Shown: positions 57,561 through 64,000 of the stretch, in pieces
How positions within the stretch are numbered: position 1 is the stretch's first letter
Layout of the letters: the number at the start of each line of letters is the position of its first letter
Origin: Rebecca billardiae RCC1528
Taxonomy: Eukaryota > Protista > Haptophyta
Length of the DNA stretch: 64,000 nucleotides
NCBI GenBank assembly: GCA_965240325.2
Contig: OZ251250.1
Coordinates: 990,766-1,054,765 of the forward strand
Direction: 5' to 3'
The notes under the pieces: model-generated
Databases searched by the model: none
Told to the model about the DNA's origin: nothing
The model's input: the letters and a program-made list of their open reading frames with translations, nothing else
Translations under genes and position numbers: made by a program

Positions 57561-58618
57561 TGATGCCGCCGCGCGCTGCATGTCGCTGCTCGGTGCCGTC
57601 ACGCCGGGCCCGGGCCAGCAGCCCAGCGCATTGTGATTGGTACGACGACTATATACTCGCAAGTAGCAGCGCAGACGACAGACGACGACGATGCTGATCT
57701 TTGATGCCGGATTTCTCGCCGCCTGGAATATCGCGGTTGGTTACCTTTAGTAGTTCGCGCGACGTGACCGTCAGTGGTCGCGGCGGCGCGCGAATTCAGC
57801 CGATAGATATGGCCTCTCCCCACGCGGGGCGACAAGAATGGCTTCTGCCTTTCTGGCTGGCTAGGTGCTGTTGCGCCAAGCGTGGCGCAGCACGGCATGG
57901 TTGTGTGCGGGCAATCGGGCCACTTGGACGGCCGAGTCGGTTGGTGAACGGGCTACGCCCGCGAGGGCATCCCCGCGTGCAGCAAGGGCGGCCCAGTCAG
58001 GGCAGGAGCGCGGCCGCGCCGAGCGGCGCGTCACGGCTGCCGATTGCATGGCTCTTGCGCGGTGGAACTTGTCGCGTGAGCCCTCGCCCCGCCGTGCACG
58101 CTCCTGCGGCACCGAGGCTGCCGCGCCCGAGCAGATCGCGCGGCGCGCGCGGCGGCGCCTGCCAGGTGCTGCTGTTGCTGGCTGGGCCGCGCCGGAGAGG
58201 CGGGCCGCGCGGCCGGGCGCTGCGGATGTGGAGCGCCGCAGCCGGCCCAGTGCCTTGCACCGGTCGATGCTGCCCCCGCCCTGGCCCCCCATCTTACCCT
58301 GGTGGGCCGCGTAGTGAGCGGCAAGCATCAGGGCACTCTTCATTGCGCGTGAGCGCCAGCTCATCGATCTGCGCACGGCCGTCCCACTGCGGTGCGGCCG
58401 GGCGCGCGCGCCTCACTTCGAAGGAGCGGGCGCGCCTTGCCGCGGCGGCCGAGACGAGCACTGTCGAAGCACCGTCGAGCGCGATCATCGCGGCGGCGAG
58501 CAGCGGTCGTGGCTGGCGCAACACGCCGGCCCAGCCAGCCCCCGCCCCCGCGCCCCCATCCTCCACCCGTGCGCGCCATCACGGCCGCGCCGCGCACGCC
58601 GCTCGCGCACGCGCCTCG

Positions 58619-61372
58619 CTTCGAGGGCGAGCGGCCGTCCCTTGCCGTGGCGCGGGGCGGTCGAGGCGAGCGCACACTCTGGCGCGATCACCGCGGGTCG
58701 GCGGTGGCGGGCAGGCGTCACGCAGCCTTTGCGTTGAGCAGCCAAGCGCGTGGCCGAGCGCTGCGCGCACACCTGGCGGCAGTTCGCGGGTTGCTGGCTG
58801 GCATCGCGCGCTGCGCGGCGTCGTGCGTGCGATTGGCGGAGACGCGAATGCATCCTCCCAGCATGCGCTCTCGACCGCTCGCGCGCGCGGCCGCGCGCAG
58901 CCGGCAGCGTGTGCGTGGCAGCGCGGTCGAGCAAGGTTGGCTGGCTGGCGGTGCGCTCGCGTCGCCGCGATGGCCGCGCGTGGGCGCGCGTGGGGCGCGG
59001 TGAGCTGGCCGATGCGCACTCTGGGCGCGTGCCCCCACGGCGCGCGGATCCACTCGCGCACCACTGCGCCGGCGCGCGCGACAAGCCGCCCTCCGGCGGA
59101 CGGCGGGGATGGAACGCCGCCATGCTGGCTTCCGAGTTCCGATCGCTGGAAATCAGGAAATCCCGGCAGCATGGCGAGTTGGCGACGCGCGAGTCAGCAC
59201 GGCGAGTCAGCATGGCGGATGCAGTCTGCATCCCGCGGCGCCGACGGGCGCTAGCCGCGTTCGACCGGCGCCGCCGCGCGCCGGCGAGTACGTGCGTGCA
59301 GCGCTGTATTCGCCGCTGCGCCTAGCTCCAGCCCAAGGCTGCCCCCGCCCCCGCTGCCCCCGCCCCCGCCCCCCGTCTGCCACTCGTCGTCCGGCCTGCC
59401 TCGCGCCGCGCGCCGCGCGGGCCGTCCGACAGCCGCGCCGGGCGGTCTGGGCGGGCAGGCGGCGATGGCGGGCGTCTCTCGGCGGGCCTTGGCTGCGGCA
59501 CGTGCATCGTCTAGTCAAGCAGCAGTCACCCGCGCCCGCGCCCGCCGCCGCCGTTTGTACTTCTCAGTTGCCGCCGCGCGCGGGAGTGTTGCTGCGGGCG
59601 TGGAGCGCCGCAGCCGGCCCAGCGCCTCGCGCCGGTCGAAGCGGCCCCCGCCCCGGCCCCCCATCTTGCCCTTCGTCAAGCCTGCGCCTGGTGTGCTGCG
59701 TAGTGTGCGGCAAGCATCAGGGCGCTCCTCATCGCGCGCGAGCGCCAGCTCATCTGCGCACGGCCGTCCCACTGCCGTGCGGCTGGGCGCGCGCGCGCCT
59801 CGCGTCGAAATGGGCGGGCGCGCCTTGCCGCGTTGTGAGCGCGCTGCGGTCGAGACGAGCGAGCACGTTCGAGCGCTGTCATTGCGTGTCAGCGGCGGTG
59901 ATGAGCAGCAGTCGCGCAGATGCCGCCCTAGATCCCACCGCGCGGGGAGTCGCTCGCGCCATCCGCACTCGTGCCTGGCTGGTTTAGCCCTCCGCCTTCG
60001 AGGGCGAGCGGCCGTCCCTTGCCGTGGCGCGGGGCGGTCGAGGCGAGCGCACACTCTGGCGCGATCACCGCGGGTCGGCGGTGGCGGGCAGGCGTCACGC
60101 AGCCTTTGCGTTGAGCAGCCAAGCGCGTGGCCGAGCGCTGCGCGCACACCTGGCGGCAGTTCGCGGGTTGCTGGCTGGCATCGCGCGCTGCGCGGCGTCG
60201 TGCGTGCGATTGGCGGAGACGCGAATGCATCCTCCCAGCATGCGCTCTCGACCGCTCGCGCGCGCGGCCGCGCGCAGCCGGCAGCGTGTGCGTGGCAGCG
60301 CGGTCGAGCAAGGTTGGCTGGCTGGCGGTGCGCTCGCGTCGCCGCGATGGCCGCGCGTGGGCGCGCGTGGGGCGCGGTGAGCTGGCCGATGCGCACTCTG
60401 GGCGCGTGCCCCCACGGCGCGCGGATCCACTCGCGCACCACTGCGCCGGCGCGCGCGACAAGCCGCCCTCCGGCGGACGGCGGGGATGGAACGCCGCCAT
60501 GCTGGCTTCCGAGTTCCGATCGCTGGAAATCAGGAAATCCCGGCAGCATGGCGAGTTGGCGACGCGCGAGTCAGCACGGCGAGTCAGCATGGCGGATGCA
60601 GTCTGCATCCCGCGGCGCCGACGGGCGCTAGCCGCGTTCGACCGGCGCCGCCGCGCGCCGGCGAGTACGTGCGTGCAGCGCTGTATTCGCCGCTGCGCCT
60701 AGCTCCAGCCCAAGGCTGCCCCCGCCCCCGCTGCCCCCGCCCCCGCCCCCCGTCTGCCACTCGTCGTCCGGCCTGCCTCGCGCCGCGCGCCGCGCGGGCC
60801 GTCCGACAGCCGCGCCGGGCGGTCTGGGCGGGCAGGCGGCGATGGCGGGCGTCTCTCGGCGGGCCTTGGCTGCGGCACGTGCATCGTCTAGTCAAGCAGC
60901 AGTCACCCGCGCCCGCGCCCGCCGCCGCCGTTTGTACTTCTCAGTTGCCGCCGCGCGCGGGAGTGTTGCTGCGGGCGTGGAGCGCCGCAGCCGGCCCAGC
61001 GCCTCGCGCCGGTCGAAGCGGCCCCCGCCCCGGCCCCCCATCTTGCCCTTCGTCAAGCCTGCGCCTGGTGTGCTGCGTAGTGTGCGGCAAGCATCAGGGC
61101 GCTCCTCATCGCGCGCGAGCGCCAGCTCATCTGCGCACGGCCGTCCCACTGCCGTGCGGCTGGGCGCGCGCGCGCCTCGCGTCGAAATGGGCGGGCGCGC
61201 CTTGCCGCGTTGTGAGCGCGCTGCGGTCGAGACGAGCGAGCACGTTCGAGCGCTGTCATTGCGTGTCAGCGGCGGTGATGAGCAGCAGTCGCGCAGATGC
61301 CGCCCTAGATCCCACCGCGCGGGGAGTCGCTCGCGCCATCCGCACTCGTGCCTGGCTGGTTTAGCCCTCCGC
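58619..61372. repeat. Head-to-tail tandem duplication, 2 x 1,377 bp
   Basis: 58619-59995 matches 59996-61372; ORF translations recur at an offset of exactly 1,377. Diverged partial units flank it. Confidence 0.95.
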
Positions 61373-62368
61373 GTGCAGTCGGACGGCCTCGAGGGGGCGG
61401 GCTGGGCGGCGGACGAGTGATGGCGGGCGTCTACCGGCGAGCCTTGGCCGCGCCGTGCGCATCGTCTAGTCAAGCGCAGCCATCGCCTGCGCCCGCGCCC
61501 GCCGCCGCCATGTGTAGTCTCGAATGCCGCGCGCAGCGCCTGCCCCGAGTGCTCCGACCGCGCGGCAGCTGCTGGCCTGGCTGGTGAGGTGCGATGATCC
61601 GCGGCGTAGCACGCGGCGGTCAAGCCGAGCGCGAGGCGTGTCAGAGCCCCTGCGAGCTGCCCGTACGAGGGCGCACGCGACGACCGCGAGCCAGCCTCGG
61701 GCGGCGGCTGCAGCGCCGAGGCCAGTGCGCCCTGAGCCGTGCCGGCTGCGCCCAGCGCTCGCCGCATCGCGCCCCGTGCGGCTCGGCTGGGCTCGCCGGA
61801 CCTCGGCGAAGCACGCAGTGCCGCGGCCGAGGTCGAGGCGTGGCGCCCCGCGGCGTTTGCGCGCGCCCGCACGCGCTGCCCGCGCCCCAGGTTCGACCTG
61901 TCGCGGCCGCACCGACTACGCTGCGTCAGGGGCAGCGCGCGCGTGGCCGCTACCGGCCGGGCGCGATGCCGATGGCAGGCGATGGCAGCGCGCGGGGTGG
62001 GCCGAGCGACCGCAGCGCATGCTGCTCGGGCGGCGCGGGGCGCGAGCGCGTCGCGGCCGTGGCTGGCGCATCACACCAGCCCAGCCTGCCCCGGCCCCGC
62101 GCCCCCATCCTCCACCTCGTCCGAGCTGCCTCCAGCGCGCGCCATCACGGCCGCGCTGCGCACGCTGCCGGGTGCTGCCGCTCGCGCACTCGCCTCGCTT
62201 CGAGGGAGAGAAACCTAGGCCGTCCCTTGCCGTGGCGCGTGGCGGTCGAGACGCGCGCACACTCCGGCGCGCGCGATCGCCGTGGGTCTGCGGTGGCGGG
62301 CAGGCGTCGCCCGGCACAGTACCATACAGTATATTGGCCCTACGGTATCAGCCACGACGTCTAATCAG

Positions 62369-63801
62369 CCTGAAACGGCCGAGTGGCCCTCGCCGCGAGG
62401 GCCACCGGGATAACAGCAGTGTGTTCCACCCGCCGGAGTGCACGCGACTCCTTGGCGGGCCCTCGGGCGCCAACCGTTGCGGCCTATTGGCTCGTACCGC
62501 GTGGGGGGGCGTAGAGTGGACCGATGAACCCTCTCGCACCGCCCGGGCCGACCTCGACACCCGTCACTCGCTCGCGCGCGGCCGCGGAGCCCCACGAGCG
62601 CACCGCCGAGCACCCGGCCGGCACCCGCGCCGGCCAAGCTGGCGAGAATGGCGCTGAGGAATGGCGGCGAAGGCGCGCCAGCGTTGCGCGCACGAGGAAT
62701 CACCACGCTCCGCCTGCCACCACCGCCCCCGCTGTCATCTTGCGCCCTGACCTGCCTCCCAAGCGGCACGCGCAGTGGGCTGGGGAGTGCCAGGCGGCCA
62801 TGCTGATCAGCCGCCGCCACCATGGCGCGCGCGCGTGGACCCGGCTCAAGTGGCATGTGGCTTGTTGTGGACTTTTGTCACGGTCCATGTGTGTGTCAGT
62901 GAGCTGTTGCGGCCTCAGAGCCCTTCGCAGACTGCGGAAGGTGGCAGCTGGTGCTGTGTGCCGAGGACATGCGGCGTCCCCCAGCTGACGCAGCTCCAAA
63001 CCTTGGCACCTCAGTTCCAGCCCGCGCGTGCTACTTGTGTGTTACATGGCGGTACTGTATAGCTGCCTAGACATGTCAGAAGGCCAGTCCCTGAGTAAGC
63101 TGCCGCGCACGGGCGCTGGTGCCTGTGTCCTGAGTGTTTGTGTGGCCAGGCTTGAGGCTGCTGCCAAGCTCTGCGCAGAGTGCGTTGTCTGCGGTCTACC
63201 GCACTTCGCAGTCAGCAGCGGTGTGTGGCAGATGCATCTCCTGCCGTTGCCAGTCTCGGCCCGCCAAGGCGCGCATCGCAGCCGCAAGCGACGGTGTTTA
63301 TCTTCACTGGCGTTGTGCCACGGAACTACCTCCAGGAGGTGCTGCGCCGTGAGCGCGCGCGCCATGGTGGCGGCGGCTGATCAGCATGGCCGCCTGGCAC
63401 TCCCCAGCCCATCGCGCGTGCCGCTCAGGAGGCGGGTCAGGGCGCAAGATGACAGCGGGGGCGGTGGCGGCAGGCGGAGCGTGGTGATTCCTCGTGCGCG
63501 CAACGCTGGCGCGCCTTCGCCATTCTCGCCAGCTTGGCCGGCACGGGTGCCGGCCGGGTGCTCGGCGGTGCGCTCGTGGGGCTCCGCGGCCGCGCGCGAG
63601 CGAGTGACGGGTGTCGAGGTCGGCCCGGGCGGTGCGAGAGGGTTCATCAGTCCACTCTACGGCCCCCCACGCGGTACGAGCCAATAGGCCGCAACGGTTG
63701 GCGCCCGAGGGCCCGCCAAGGGGTCGCGTGCACTCCGGCGGGTGGAACGCACTGCTGTTTCCCCAAGCGGGCTCGCGTCGAGCCCGCTCGGCCGTTTCGG
63801 G
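62369..63801. repeat. Long inverted repeat (arms about 62369-62834 and 63353-63801, spacer about 520 bp), foldback/MITE-like
   Basis: The arms are reverse complements (ORFs 62524+ and 63381- both begin MNPLAPPGPTSTPVTRS). Identity is high inward and decays outward. Confidence 0.9.
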
Positions 63802-64000
63802 GCGATGGCCGACGCGACGGGAGTGGTGGGTTTGGCAGTCCGCGGCGGTTATCGCGTTATGACTGCCGCGTCGCTGCTCCGCCGCCGCCCGTGCCCCTCC
63901 CCGCTAGGTGGGGGTACCCGGCCGGACGCGGGCTCGGCGCTCGCAGCGGCATCGCCGGAGTGACCGGACGGCGACGAGATGTGAGTCGGAACAGGGCAGT

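Noticed and set aside
58619-61420. Proteins encoded by the tandem repeat, or a CRISPR-like array
   Set aside because: No codon bias or motifs, and no short repeat/unique spacer pattern.
63620-63660. Hammerhead ribozyme (CTGATGA on the minus strand; also CTGACGAG at about 53686)
   Set aside because: No stem II closed by GAAA and no matching stems I/III found; the other arm has CCGATGA.
1-64000. tRNA, rRNA or telomeric repeats
   Set aside because: None recognised by eye; tRNAscan-SE and Infernal were not run.

Overview
Very GC-rich eukaryotic nuclear DNA with short GC-rich spliceosomal introns (GTGCGC...GCGCAG). A light-harvesting protein with a bipartite signal+'AF' presequence, a dynein intermediate chain and the extreme GC content point to a flagellate red-plastid alga, most likely a haptophyte (Pavlovales-like; inference). 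Most long ORFs in the supplied track are GC shadow frames. About 20 credible genes: nicastrin (partial), GPR89/GPHR, a divergent pair of paralogous secreted Cys-rich proteins, a sulfotransferase, a PsbQ-like protein, an AlkB-like dioxygenase, a J-domain protein, an SH3-like/ARM/TIR/TM protein, an S1 protein, a myosin with a CEP164-like WW module and three PDZ domains, an Lhcr-type antenna protein, TMEM181, WDR63/IC140, fused TrpC-TrpF, animal-type PMVK, a kinesin-13 and four unknowns. The AT-richer intergenic islands hold mobile DNA: four 3'-anchored copies of an RLE-type non-LTR retrotransposon associated with (TA)n, a MITE plus a longer relative, a 2,964-bp element with CCCCTTACCGCA TIRs and an ATAT TSD, a 1,377-bp tandem duplication in a degenerate satellite, and a long inverted repeat whose outer hairpins show compensatory changes. 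Best candidates for something new: the tail-anchored SH3-ARM-TIR protein, the myosin-WW-3xPDZ architecture, the paralogous surface-protein pair and the microsatellite-associated retroelement. All calls come from motif recognition by eye. No database searches were run, and exon boundaries are predictions.
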